Shown in pieces: positions 39,654 to 47,725 of a DNA stretch of 60,367 bases. The stretch lies in IMG/VR virus record IMGVR_UViG_3300011335_000506, positions 1-60,367 of that record; one strand, written 5' to 3'. How positions within the stretch are numbered: position 1 is the first letter of the stretch; each line of letters starts with the position of its first letter. Source of the stretch: a virus (Duplodnaviria; Caudoviricetes). A program made the position numbers and the translations under genes. The notes below the pieces were generated by a model. That model was not told where the DNA came from, searched no databases, and worked only from the letters and a program-made list of their open reading frames with translations.

Positions 39654-40004
39654 TTATCCGTAAACGATTGCGAAGATGTCGCTTCGTTCATCCTGCAAGT
39701 GCTCTACAAAGATGGCAATAACAGATTGCCAGAATGCAAAGTCACAACCCGTGATGTCTTCGATGGTTTCTTGGTCGCCATTGACGCCAAGGTGATCGAG
39801 CACATCCTCCAGAGGAGCGAGTGTGCCGTGACCCTTGTCACACACCGTGTAGATGCCTTCAAGCATCTGGTAAACCTTTTCACCATCAAGCATCACAAGA
39901 TGCTCTGTCATGAAAGACACGCTTTCAATGTTCCGAATGTATTCAGCGATGTTGTTCATGCTGATTCCTTCGTAGCGATCCAAGATCGCATGCTTCATAC
40001 CCAT
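39654..40004 (-). CDS. Acidic hypothetical protein (cassette gene)
   Basis: AGGAGG RBS directly after the repeat. Confidence 0.7.
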   Translation of the reverse strand: MGMKHAILDRYEGISMNNIAEYIRNIESVSFMTEHLVMLDGEKVYQMLEGIYTVCDKGHGTLAPLEDVLDHLGVNGDQETIEDITGCDFAFWQSVIAIFVEHLQDERSDIFAIVYG

Positions 40005-40027
40005 TGTCAGTAGCCTCCTTGGCTACA

Positions 40028-40177
40028 CATATATAGGAAAGAACGCACCAAACTCCATACAAAGCAACATATACCGACGTGGCGCTTGTAGATCGTGGGC
40101 GCCGACAATTAATGCATGTACTTACGGGAGGGTGATGGGGTTTGACACACAAAAAAAGAGGAGGCCGAAGCCTCCTC
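40028..40177 (-). promoter_or_regulatory. Cassette repeat copy
   Basis: Same boxes and spacing. Hairpin GAGGAGGCCGAAGCCTCCTC. Confidence 0.85.
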
Positions 40178-40181
40178 TCTG

Positions 40182-40814
40182 TTAGTACCCTGGGCCTTCG
40201 TTCAGCCCAGCGCATCGGTCACACACGTAACCGAGTGCCACATCACGTGGTGTGAGCATGTTGTGATGTCTGCACTGTGGACAATCACGATTGCGTGGGT
40301 TGCTGTCCGTTTCAGCTCGTAGTGCGCTTACGCCGCCGGGGTCAGCGAAGCCCATCCAGCCGCTGTCATCATCGTCGTCGTATGGGATGTCGTCAATCTC
40401 ATCCTCATCCTCATCCTCAATCTCAGGGTCGATGTTGTCACCTTCCCACTTGAAGCAGACTGGCATGAACGGAGACGGGTCATTATTGAACAGCGCTTCC
40501 CATTCTTGCAGCAGGTCATTGCTATCACTGTCGGTGCTGATGCAATAAAAGATGCTTTCTACCTCAGAGCATCCGTCACATGGCGTCGTCGGTGTGCGTG
40601 AACAATCGTGGAAAACACCTAACTCAAGAACCAATCGATTGTCAACACAGGTGATGCCGTCTTCTACATCTTCAACAAACGATGCAAGGTATGTCTTGCA
40701 CAGGTTAGAGATGTTCCGCATGGTTGTCCATTCGAGACGCTCGGCTTCCATCTCGAACCATGCTTTCGCCGATACTACGAAGGCGTCGTACACCTTCCGT
40801 TGTGTTTCTGTCAT
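40182..40814 (-). CDS. Acidic protein with C-terminal Zn finger (cassette gene)
   Basis: Start MTETQRK after AGGAGGT. D/E tract. CPQC...CDRC. Confidence 0.7.
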   Translation of the reverse strand: MTETQRKVYDAFVVSAKAWFEMEAERLEWTTMRNISNLCKTYLASFVEDVEDGITCVDNRLVLELGVFHDCSRTPTTPCDGCSEVESIFYCISTDSDSNDLLQEWEALFNNDPSPFMPVCFKWEGDNIDPEIEDEDEDEIDDIPYDDDDDSGWMGFADPGGVSALRAETDSNPRNRDCPQCRHHNMLTPRDVALGYVCDRCAGLNEGPGY

Positions 40815-40832
40815 GTTGTTACCTCCTAGTAA

Positions 40833-40981
40833 CATATATATAGGAAACGCACACACTATCACCATATACAGATACATATACCGACGTGGGGGATGTAGAT
40901 CGTGGGGCAGCTCAATTATTGGTGTACTTACGGGTGGGCGGTGGGGTGCATTACAAAAGGTGGAGGGGCCGAAGCCCCTCC
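40833..40981 (-). promoter_or_regulatory. Cassette repeat copy
   Basis: Same boxes and spacing. Hairpin GGAGGGGCCGAAGCCCCTCC. Confidence 0.85.
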
Positions 40982-40984
40982 GTG

Positions 40985-41272
40985 TTAGAGTCTGATTACA
41001 ACAGTCTCTATGTCAGCCGCTTCGACAAGCGCTTCATCATCCTTGCCCATTACTGTGTCAAAGTAATGACGGATGCGGTCTGCAAGGACATACTGTTGAT
41101 GTCGTCGGCGGCACACAACGTTCATATCTGCATCGTAGAGAATGACGCCGTGTTCGTTATGCCGAACATATCGCGCTTCAGTAGGCACCGTTTCAGAGAA
41201 CGACATGCCATTGACACTGTATTCCATCCGAGGGTTTCGGAAGACGCCGTCAACGTCGTGAAATGTAACCAT
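40985..41272 (-). CDS. Hypothetical protein (cassette gene)
   Basis: Start MVTFHDV after GAGGAGGT. Confidence 0.65.
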   Translation of the reverse strand: MVTFHDVDGVFRNPRMEYSVNGMSFSETVPTEARYVRHNEHGVILYDADMNVVCRRRHQQYVLADRIRHYFDTVMGKDDEALVEAADIETVVIRL

Positions 41273-41318
41273 GATAAACCTCCTCGCCGGTGTTTCGCCC
41301 CGCCGGCAGGGCACGTGA

Positions 41319-41489
41319 CTACGGTTTGGACTGTGTTTCCACGTAGCCGGAACAGCAGATGACAACAAACACGGACGTCAGTAAACTGACATACCAGAAC
41401 GTGTTTCCTGTGTTGATGCTGTTGACGAGAGAAACGATGCCATGCATTGTGGCAACTATCGCAAGTGCGATTGCAATAACGAATCTCAT
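41319..41489 (-). CDS. 56-aa two-TM membrane protein
   Basis: MRFVIAIALAIVATMHGIVSLVNSINTGNTFWYVSLLTSVFVVICCSGYVETQSKP. GGAGGTG RBS. Not in the ORF track. Confidence 0.65.
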   Translation of the reverse strand: MRFVIAIALAIVATMHGIVSLVNSINTGNTFWYVSLLTSVFVVICCSGYVETQSKP

Positions 41490-41505
41490 TCGTTATCACC
41501 TCCAT

Positions 41506-41687
41506 GTCTAAACGTTTACATCATTGTGTACCGCTTGACATATATATAGGAACAATACGCACCGCTACCCTATATATGAACATATACCAACGTGGGCCGT
41601 GCAGATCATGGGCCGATAATAAACATGTGTGTACCAACGGGTGGGTGGAGGGCTGCGGTAAAAGAGTGGAGGGGCCGAAGCCCCTCC
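41506..41687 (-). promoter_or_regulatory. Cassette repeat copy with 5'-leader hairpin extension
   Basis: Same boxes plus GTCTAAACGTTTACATCATTGTGTACCGCTTGAC. Confidence 0.85.
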
Positions 41688-41689
41688 GT

Positions 41690-42037
41690 TTAGTCGGTGA
41701 CGAGTACGCACCAAGCATCTGGGTCTGGCGTCATCTGCCAAACTTCACGAAGCTTCGCAATAGCCGCAAACCATGCATAAGGTGGAATGTTCTGTAGTTT
41801 CCACACCTCAATGGTAACGTCACCGTTGCTGTCGAATTGGTCAAGAATGTATTCCATCCCAACAAGGGTTCCAAGGTGATTGTAATCGACTTCGACGCCA
41901 ACAACTTCAGTAAGCATGTCATACATTTCAGATATGCTGAAGTTCACTTCAAACTCACTGCCTATGCAGATTTCAAGTGCTTCAATAAACATGCTCAGGG
42001 TCTGTATCCTGTACTTCTCTTCTAATAACTTAAGCAT
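41690..42037 (-). CDS. Acidic hypothetical protein (cassette gene)
   Basis: 115 aa, GGAGGT RBS. Confidence 0.7.
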   Translation of the reverse strand: MLKLLEEKYRIQTLSMFIEALEICIGSEFEVNFSISEMYDMLTEVVGVEVDYNHLGTLVGMEYILDQFDSNGDVTIEVWKLQNIPPYAWFAAIAKLREVWQMTPDPDAWCVLVTD

Positions 42038-42085
42038 CTCATACCTCCAAACAAAAGTGGGGTGCTGTCACCACCCCGGTTGACA

Positions 42086-42307
42086 CTAGTGGTTGCGGAT
42101 TGCCATCTTCCGCCGCCGCATTTCGATGTGGTGACGTTGCGCATACCTCATCATGTTGACGCGAGCCTCTACGATTTTGCCGACTTCGTAAAGTGTGATT
42201 GACACAGGAACGTAGATGCCTTCGCAGGAATCGATGCCGATTTCCAGCGTCCGGTCATCCATCGTTAGTTCGACATCGGCGCCGAACATGATTGCATGTA
42301 TAAACAT
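42086..42307 (-). CDS. Hypothetical protein (cassette gene)
   Basis: 73 aa, directly downstream of the repeat. Confidence 0.6.
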   Translation of the reverse strand: MFIHAIMFGADVELTMDDRTLEIGIDSCEGIYVPVSITLYEVGKIVEARVNMMRYAQRHHIEMRRRKMAIRNH

Positions 42308-42325
42308 GATTGTTTATTCTCTTCC

Positions 42326-42507
42326 GTCTAAACGTTTACATCATTGTGTACCGCTTGACATATATATAGGAAACATTGACGCAACCATCATATATAGTCA
42401 CATATACCGACGTGGGGACTGTAGATCGTGGGAGAGCTAATATAAGTGTGTACTTACGGGTGGGTGGAGGGGTTTCGCAAAAAGAGTGGAGGGGCCGAAG
42501 CCCCTCC
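42326..42507 (-). promoter_or_regulatory. Cassette repeat copy with 5'-leader hairpin extension
   Basis: Same boxes. Leader identical to that at 41506. Confidence 0.85.
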
Positions 42508-42510
42508 GTG

Positions 42511-42996
42511 TCAACTGCGATGGCTCTCGTCAGGAGCCAACTCGATGTCCTCGTCTTCGCCGCCAGCCCAGTCAGGCAACGTGTCGAGGATGCTCTGATG
42601 CTTTTGCATCAGTTCATCGTACTTTTGCTTGAGTAGTTCATACTCATTGAACTGTGACCGAAGTACCTTGAGTTCTTCAAAGTATCTGTCGCACACTTCA
42701 ATGCGGCATGACGCCTGATACTCCAGCACCGTGATACGGTTCAAAGCCTCGCCGTTGCGGTCTCGTGACTTCAACAGGTTCTTGCAAAGAACTTGGTTGT
42801 GGTCAATGGCCGCCTTGTAGCGTTGTTCAGACGCTTCGTTACGTGCCCGATACACGTCGATGGCGGACATAGCCTTGTCCGTGGTTAGTTGCTTCTCAAG
42901 CAACTCTGTCCGAAGCCTTGTGACCTCGGTGAAGGCCAGCCCACCAACAATGGCGAACAAAGCACAAACGACGACCAGCACCATGATAATAACCAT
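42511..42996 (-). CDS. Membrane-anchored coiled-coil protein (cassette gene)
   Basis: N-terminal TM MVIIMVLVVVCALFAIVGGLAF followed by heptads. AGGAGG RBS. Confidence 0.7.
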   Translation of the reverse strand: MVIIMVLVVVCALFAIVGGLAFTEVTRLRTELLEKQLTTDKAMSAIDVYRARNEASEQRYKAAIDHNQVLCKNLLKSRDRNGEALNRITVLEYQASCRIEVCDRYFEELKVLRSQFNEYELLKQKYDELMQKHQSILDTLPDWAGGEDEDIELAPDESHRS

Positions 42997-43018
42997 GATA
43001 AGTAGCCTCCTTTGACTA

Positions 43019-43167
43019 CATATATATAGGTAATAATGCAACCGGCACCATATATATATACATATACCAACGTGGCTGCTGTAGTTCGTGAGCTGTCAAT
43101 ATATAAGTGTGTACCGGCGGGTGGGTGGGATGCTCCAACAAGGGATCATCGCGAGGTCTAGCCTCGC
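43019..43167 (-). promoter_or_regulatory. Cassette repeat copy
   Basis: Same boxes with a different hairpin (GCGAGG-TCTAG-CCTCGC). Confidence 0.8.
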
Positions 43168-43183
43168 TCCCCCTGTCTTGGCT

Positions 43184-43357
43184 CTAGATAAAAGCCAGAT
43201 ATGTAAACGCTGCCGTAATCAGCATTGCGATTACGATTAGCGCCGTCGTAGCAACCTTTTCCATGTTGCGCAAGCTAACCCCATCTGGGTTGCAGGTCAT
43301 CACGAAGATGGAACAAGCGAAGATGAATAGTGCAATGCACCCGTCAATGATAGTCAT
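43184..43357 (-). CDS. 57-aa two-TM membrane protein
   Basis: MTIIDGCIALFIF..., GGAGGT RBS. Confidence 0.65.
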   Translation of the reverse strand: MTIIDGCIALFIFACSIFVMTCNPDGVSLRNMEKVATTALIVIAMLITAAFTYLAFI

Positions 43358-43409
43358 ATTTACCTCCAAAGATTACAGTGGGGACGCTGTCACCGTCCCC
43401 GGTTGATGA

Positions 43410-43655
43410 TTAGAATGCGCGGTCTTCGCATTCAACGCAGTTACCCTTTGAAGGGCACCGCGCACCGCATTCATCACAATAGATGAAAGGGTCGGTGGCG
43501 TCATACGCCATTGTCTGAACGTTTTCCATCACTGTCTTCATGTATGCCCTGTACAAAAGCATGGACTGCTTTCCTACCTTTACGACAATGAGTCCAGATG
43601 TACCAAACTCTAAGCGAACGGGGACGTCGTCAAACGTCATGTCTACAATATGCAT
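43410..43655 (-). CDS. Small protein with C-terminal Zn ribbon
   Basis: Start MHIVDM after GGAGGT. CDECG..C...C..C. Confidence 0.65.
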   Translation of the reverse strand: MHIVDMTFDDVPVRLEFGTSGLIVVKVGKQSMLLYRAYMKTVMENVQTMAYDATDPFIYCDECGARCPSKGNCVECEDRAF

Positions 43656-43668
43656 TGCATACCTCCAA

Positions 43669-43815
43669 CGTCTAAACGATACATCAATGTATACCGCTTG
43701 ACATATATATATGTAATACAATCAAGACCACCATATATATATACACATACCGACGTGGCTGCTGTAGATCTTGAGCTGCCAATAACGAATGTACCAACGG
43801 GTGGGAGGTGGGGTT
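43669..43815 (-). promoter_or_regulatory. First (most upstream) cassette repeat, no preceding terminator
   Basis: Same boxes and spacing, with a leader hairpin variant. Confidence 0.8.
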
Positions 43816-44026
43816 TGCTGTATACCCCTCTCCCTCATATATCTCTCCCACATACCCCTATACACACCCCGTATGGCAAGCCCCCCTATACCATATAAAT
43901 ATATTTATACCCCCGACCCCTACAGTTCATCTTCTTCTTCTACCTCTTCTCCCATCGGAGAAATAATACACAACCCACAAACAAATTGCGATAAAATACC
44001 TACGTGCGTAGCGTTAAGGAGTAACG

Positions 44027-44245
44027 ATGAGTAATAACAGTTTACGTAAAGAGTACGAGCAGCTGTTGTCTGACATGCTGTTGATGCAGTATCGTGTTGA
44101 GGTTTTCCGCCGCAACATGCAGGTGGAGAACGGTTGCCATTGTGATCAGTTAAGTTTGATGATCAGTCGTTCTGTTGACGAGTTGATGGACTTGCGTATT
44201 GACGCGATGAGGGAAGTTGAGAAGAAAAAATGGTGGACGAGATGA
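44027..44245 (+). CDS. Hypothetical protein
   Basis: 72 aa, AAGGAG RBS. First gene of the rightward arm. Confidence 0.65.
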   Translation: MSNNSLRKEYEQLLSDMLLMQYRVEVFRRNMQVENGCHCDQLSLMISRSVDELMDLRIDAMREVEKKKWWTR

Positions 44246-44523
44246 GTCAGGAAGACTTGATTATGAGTGAGTTGACTTTTACGGCAGGTACAGCTCATTT
44301 GGATACGTTGAACGCAGAGTGTTTAGATCGCTTTGACAACAACTCGATGTTGATGATGATTACTGTGTATCGTGATCGCTGCGACGTTGAGGAGAAGAGG
44401 TTGCTGGGTCGTATTTATCGGCCAGGTCACGTTGGGTATTACAGAGACTGTGGCGAGATTGTTTGGAAATACCTGCGTAAGTTGAATGAAGAACCAGACG
44501 GGGATGGTGTACGTATCCCATGA
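44230..44523 (+). CDS. Hypothetical protein
   Basis: 97 aa, overlaps neighbours. Confidence 0.6.
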   Translation: MVDEMSQEDLIMSELTFTAGTAHLDTLNAECLDRFDNNSMLMMITVYRDRCDVEEKRLLGRIYRPGHVGYYRDCGEIVWKYLRKLNEEPDGDGVRIP

Positions 44524-44804
44524 GTTTGTCCAATGCTAGGACGGTTGGGTCTGTGTGTTCACGTAGTAGCCGTAAAAACTCATATAAGCCCATGATGCGC
44601 TTGCTAGATCACATCAGTGTTTCTACTCAGGAGATGATTTGGCTTTGGTATCAAGAGGGTATGACTAGGCGCCAGATGAGCGCTACATTGATTGAGCTTG
44701 GTGTACCTAGTCCTCCAATGACCGTGCCGTGGGGTGACAATGCTATCCGTAAAGTGATTGAGAAGTACAAGGTAGGTAATGATGGACAAACGCAAGAACT
44801 CTAA
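44520..44804 (+). CDS. Small HTH protein
   Basis: GMTRRQMSATL..LGVPSP...W...AIRKVI. Confidence 0.5.
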   Translation: MSLSNARTVGSVCSRSSRKNSYKPMMRLLDHISVSTQEMIWLWYQEGMTRRQMSATLIELGVPSPPMTVPWGDNAIRKVIEKYKVGNDGQTQEL

Positions 44805-45228
44805 TACTGCTAAGCTTGATCAGGTACGTGCATGTTTGGTTGATGGTGATTCTGTTGAAGCCATTGCAGTCAAATTCAACATGAGTAATTCCCATATCTA
44901 TCGAATCAAGACTGCTATGAACCGGGGTGAGGTAAAGCTCAAGCGATCGTCGTTGGCTAGTTGCGTGGGACATATTAAAAATGGGTTACCGTTTAGGCGT
45001 GTTTCATGGCCTGAAAAGATTTATTACTACTGCGCGATTGATGAGCCAGATAAATGGTTTGTAAAAGTAAACGCAGAAAATGGATGTGAACTTATTACGT
45101 ATTCGGTCGACTTATCCATTGATGATCTGACGGCGCAAGACTGGGTTGTACTTACATGGGAATCAGTTGGTGGCCATATTGTTGACGCCAACAAAAAGGC
45201 AGACGAACAAGAACAGTGGATGAGGTAA
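44779..45228 (+). CDS. HTH fused to DUF2829/Tad2-like domain
   Basis: N-terminal GDSVEAIAVKFNMSNSHIYRI. C-terminal IKNG..FRR.SW...SIDDLTAQDW. Confidence 0.6.
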   Translation: MMDKRKNSNTAKLDQVRACLVDGDSVEAIAVKFNMSNSHIYRIKTAMNRGEVKLKRSSLASCVGHIKNGLPFRRVSWPEKIYYYCAIDEPDKWFVKVNAENGCELITYSVDLSIDDLTAQDWVVLTWESVGGHIVDANKKADEQEQWMR

Positions 45229-45232
45229 TAGA

Positions 45233-45583
45233 ATGAAAAAGACAACGCTGTATCAATATGCTTTGAAGAATATCTCCGTCGTAGATGGAGACACTCTCAA
45301 GGCTGACTTGGATCTTGGGTTCGGTGTTATCTTGGCTGCTAAGAAGATACGCCTAGAGCACGTTAATTGCCCTGAGAAAGCAACGGATGAAGGCAAAGAC
45401 GCCACGTGGTTTACAGAGTCCTTGGTGCTTGGTGAACCTAGTGTAATCATCATTGTGAAGAATCACCGTGAAGACAAGTATGGCAGGATTCTTGGTACGA
45501 TTATGATTGGTGATAAGAGCCTCGCTGACGAAATCATAGCGGGTGGTCACGGTGTTGCCTACGAAGGTGGAAAGAGAGTGTAA
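45233..45583 (+). CDS. Thermonuclease (SNase) family nuclease
   Basis: VVDGDT....DLGFG...IRL..VNCPE...DKYGRILG. Confidence 0.85.
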   Translation: MKKTTLYQYALKNISVVDGDTLKADLDLGFGVILAAKKIRLEHVNCPEKATDEGKDATWFTESLVLGEPSVIIIVKNHREDKYGRILGTIMIGDKSLADEIIAGGHGVAYEGGKRV

Positions 45584-45588
45584 CTGTT

Positions 45589-45975
45589 ATGGCTAGTGCA
45601 GAGAAGAAAGATCCAGCGAAATGGAAACGCATTGTTGCTAGTGTAAAAGCTGGCACCAAAGGTGGAGATCCAGGCGAATGGTCAGCTCGTAAAGCGCAAC
45701 TAGCCACACAGAAATACAAAGGATCTGGCGGCGGATACGTAGGCCCTAAGTCTAGTGATAATAGCTTGGCTAAATGGACTGACCAGAAGTGGAAAACCAG
45801 CGACGGTACACCATCTAAGGGAACAAAGCGTTACCTTCCAGAGAAGGCTTGGAGTGGTTTATCTTCAAGAGAAAAAGCTGCTACGAACAAAGCTAAGGCT
45901 GCAGGAAACAAAGCCGGCAAACAGTTTGTTGCACAACCAAAATCAATCGCAGCTAAGACTGCTAAATACAGATAG
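45589..45975 (+). CDS. Basic hypothetical phage protein
   Basis: GTKGG.PGEWSARKAQL..Y...GGGY..RYLP, a widespread phage family. Confidence 0.7.
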   Translation: MASAEKKDPAKWKRIVASVKAGTKGGDPGEWSARKAQLATQKYKGSGGGYVGPKSSDNSLAKWTDQKWKTSDGTPSKGTKRYLPEKAWSGLSSREKAATNKAKAAGNKAGKQFVAQPKSIAAKTAKYR

Positions 45976-45979
45976 GCAT

Positions 45980-46438
45980 ATGACACAAGTAATCACGTAC
46001 ACACGCATGCGCGAGCGTTCAAGAGCGCAGAAACTGGCTAGGCAAACACATGGATCAGCTGGCTACGACCTTGCAAACGGAACTGCAGAACGTATTCCAA
46101 TTCATCCAGGCAAACATGTTGTGGTACGGACTGGCATCCGAATTGACATTCCGAGTGGTTATGAGGCGCAGATCCGAAGTAGAAGCGGACTAGCTGCAAA
46201 GAACGGCGTGATGGTCTTAAATAGCCCAGGTACGATCGATTCTGACTATCAGGGGGAAGTGTGCGTCATCCTCTATAACGGCGGTGGTGACCTATTCTGG
46301 GTCGAACCAGGGGCACGGATTGCACAGATGGTGATCAACAAGCTGCCAGATGTAGAACTAACTGAATTTGTAACAGGTGATCTTTTTGAGGAGGAGACAC
46401 AACGTGGAAACAAAGGATTTGGAAGCACAGGATCTTAA
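45980..46438 (+). CDS. dut: dUTPase
   Basis: GSAGYDL, RSRSGLA, GTIDSDYQGE, RIAQ and RG..GFGSTG. Confidence 0.95.
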   Translation: MTQVITYTRMRERSRAQKLARQTHGSAGYDLANGTAERIPIHPGKHVVVRTGIRIDIPSGYEAQIRSRSGLAAKNGVMVLNSPGTIDSDYQGEVCVILYNGGGDLFWVEPGARIAQMVINKLPDVELTEFVTGDLFEEETQRGNKGFGSTGS

Positions 46439-46757
46439 TAGCCACTATAGCCGCGCTCGTGACATGCAGCCGGTTGATGTTGCTGATGCTTGGGGACTAG
46501 ATCGATATGAGTTCAGTGCACTCAAGTACCTTTATCGTAGGGGAAACAAGGATGGCAATACACGCAAATCAGACCTGTTAAAAGCAATCTGGTATCTGGC
46601 GTACGCAATATCCAAGAATAAAAGTCTTTGTGGGATGGTAGTTGAATTAGTGAAATTACATAACAAGTATAAGGATGTAGACAATGATCAGGTCAAGCAA
46701 GAGGCCAATCGCGATGGCAGCAATCAAAAGCGCCCGTTTGAACATTGGAGTAACTGA
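46404..46757 (+). CDS. DUF3310 family protein
   Basis: HY...QPVDV...ALKYL.R.G.K...DLLKAIWYL. GTG start after GAGGAG. Confidence 0.75.
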   Translation: METKDLEAQDLNSHYSRARDMQPVDVADAWGLDRYEFSALKYLYRRGNKDGNTRKSDLLKAIWYLAYAISKNKSLCGMVVELVKLHNKYKDVDNDQVKQEANRDGSNQKRPFEHWSN

Positions 46758-47235
46758 AGTAGGGGGAGAAAATCGTGGGAAAGCAGTTGAATCTTATTTG
46801 GCTAGCTGCATTCCAGTTATCCCACCCGGCTCTCCTTGGTGTGTGGCTGTTGTCCGATTCCGACTTAAGCAAGCAGCAACAGAACTAGGAACTACATACG
46901 ATGTCAGCATGCCAAGGTCAGGCTACACACCTGACTACGTAGCATGGGCATATAGAACTGGTAACTGGATCAGTGTGTCACAAGCAAAGGCTAATCCAGA
47001 ACTTCTCCGAGAAGGAGATATTGTGTGTTTTCACTTTCCTCAGATGGGACGCCATGCACACATGGGCGTAATTGACAAGATTGGCGATTGGGGCGTACAC
47101 ACGATTGAAGGAAATACATCACCTGAACTTGATGATTCTGAGTTTGTAGATCGTGATGGAGATGGATATTACCCAAAGGTGCGGAACTGGTCAGAACTTG
47201 GCCCAAAAGGTGGGTTTATAAAACTAGAGTTCTAG
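46684..47235 (+). CDS. CHAP-domain cell-wall hydrolase (endolysin)
   Basis: PWCVAVV (Cys), GDIV.F, HAHMGVI (His) and TIEGNT. Confidence 0.85.
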   Translation: MIRSSKRPIAMAAIKSARLNIGVTEVGGENRGKAVESYLASCIPVIPPGSPWCVAVVRFRLKQAATELGTTYDVSMPRSGYTPDYVAWAYRTGNWISVSQAKANPELLREGDIVCFHFPQMGRHAHMGVIDKIGDWGVHTIEGNTSPELDDSEFVDRDGDGYYPKVRNWSELGPKGGFIKLEF

Positions 47236-47313
47236 GGTATGCTTAGATTGCCACTTGCTAGAGCATTAAATTACTACCGGTCGGTGAGCATCAAAAAAAA
47301 CAACAACCAAATG

Positions 47314-47346
47314 AAAAGCCTAGCACAGCCACTGCTAGGCTTTTTT
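47314..47346 (+). terminator. Intrinsic terminator
   Basis: AAAAGCCTAGCA-N7-TGCTAGGCTTTTTT. Confidence 0.8.
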
Positions 47347-47398
47347 GTTGCCATCGTGATAGCATGTAGAAGATAACTTATTAAGGAGGTGGCAACAT

Positions 47399-47725
47399 AT
47401 GGATAAGGAATACGCACAACGAACGTTTCTACATCACTTGTTGGATCGTCAACGTATGACTCAGAAGTACTTTGCTGAGATGATGGGATGTGATCGCCCA
47501 AACGTGTCTCTTTGGTTGAGTGGCAAGCGATTGCCAATGGTTGAGACCATTCACAAGATGGCAGACATTTTGCAGGTTGATCGCAACTGGCTACATGGAC
47601 ATATGATTGGAATGAATATCCAACGTGTCTATGGCATGGAAAACATGGAAGTGTTGAATCACGTCAAAGACAATCTTGAAAGTCAGATTGTTGGCAATTG
47701 GTACACAAGGTGGGGTGTTCAGTAA
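47399..47725 (+). CDS. XRE/Cro-type HTH regulator
   Basis: MTQKYFAEMMGCDRPNVSLWLSGKRLP...KMADILQV. Confidence 0.85.
   Translation: MDKEYAQRTFLHHLLDRQRMTQKYFAEMMGCDRPNVSLWLSGKRLPMVETIHKMADILQVDRNWLHGHMIGMNIQRVYGMENMEVLNHVKDNLESQIVGNWYTRWGVQ

Noticed and set aside
41283-41318. GGCGAAAC-containing hairpin as a hammerhead ribozyme
   Set aside because: The CUGAnGA core is missing.
41535-43705. Plus-strand TTGACA (three copies) as sigma70 -35
   Set aside because: No -10 at 16-18 bp, and it points against the genes. It is explained as one arm of the leader hairpin.
38205-43815. Repeats as a CRISPR array
   Set aside because: Units are ~150 bp and degenerate, are separated by whole genes, and no cas genes are present.
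38205-43815. Repeats as integron attC sites
   Set aside because: No paired RYYYAAC/GTTRRRY ends or long imperfect palindrome, and no integrase. The GTTAG next to hairpins is just the minus-strand stop codon.
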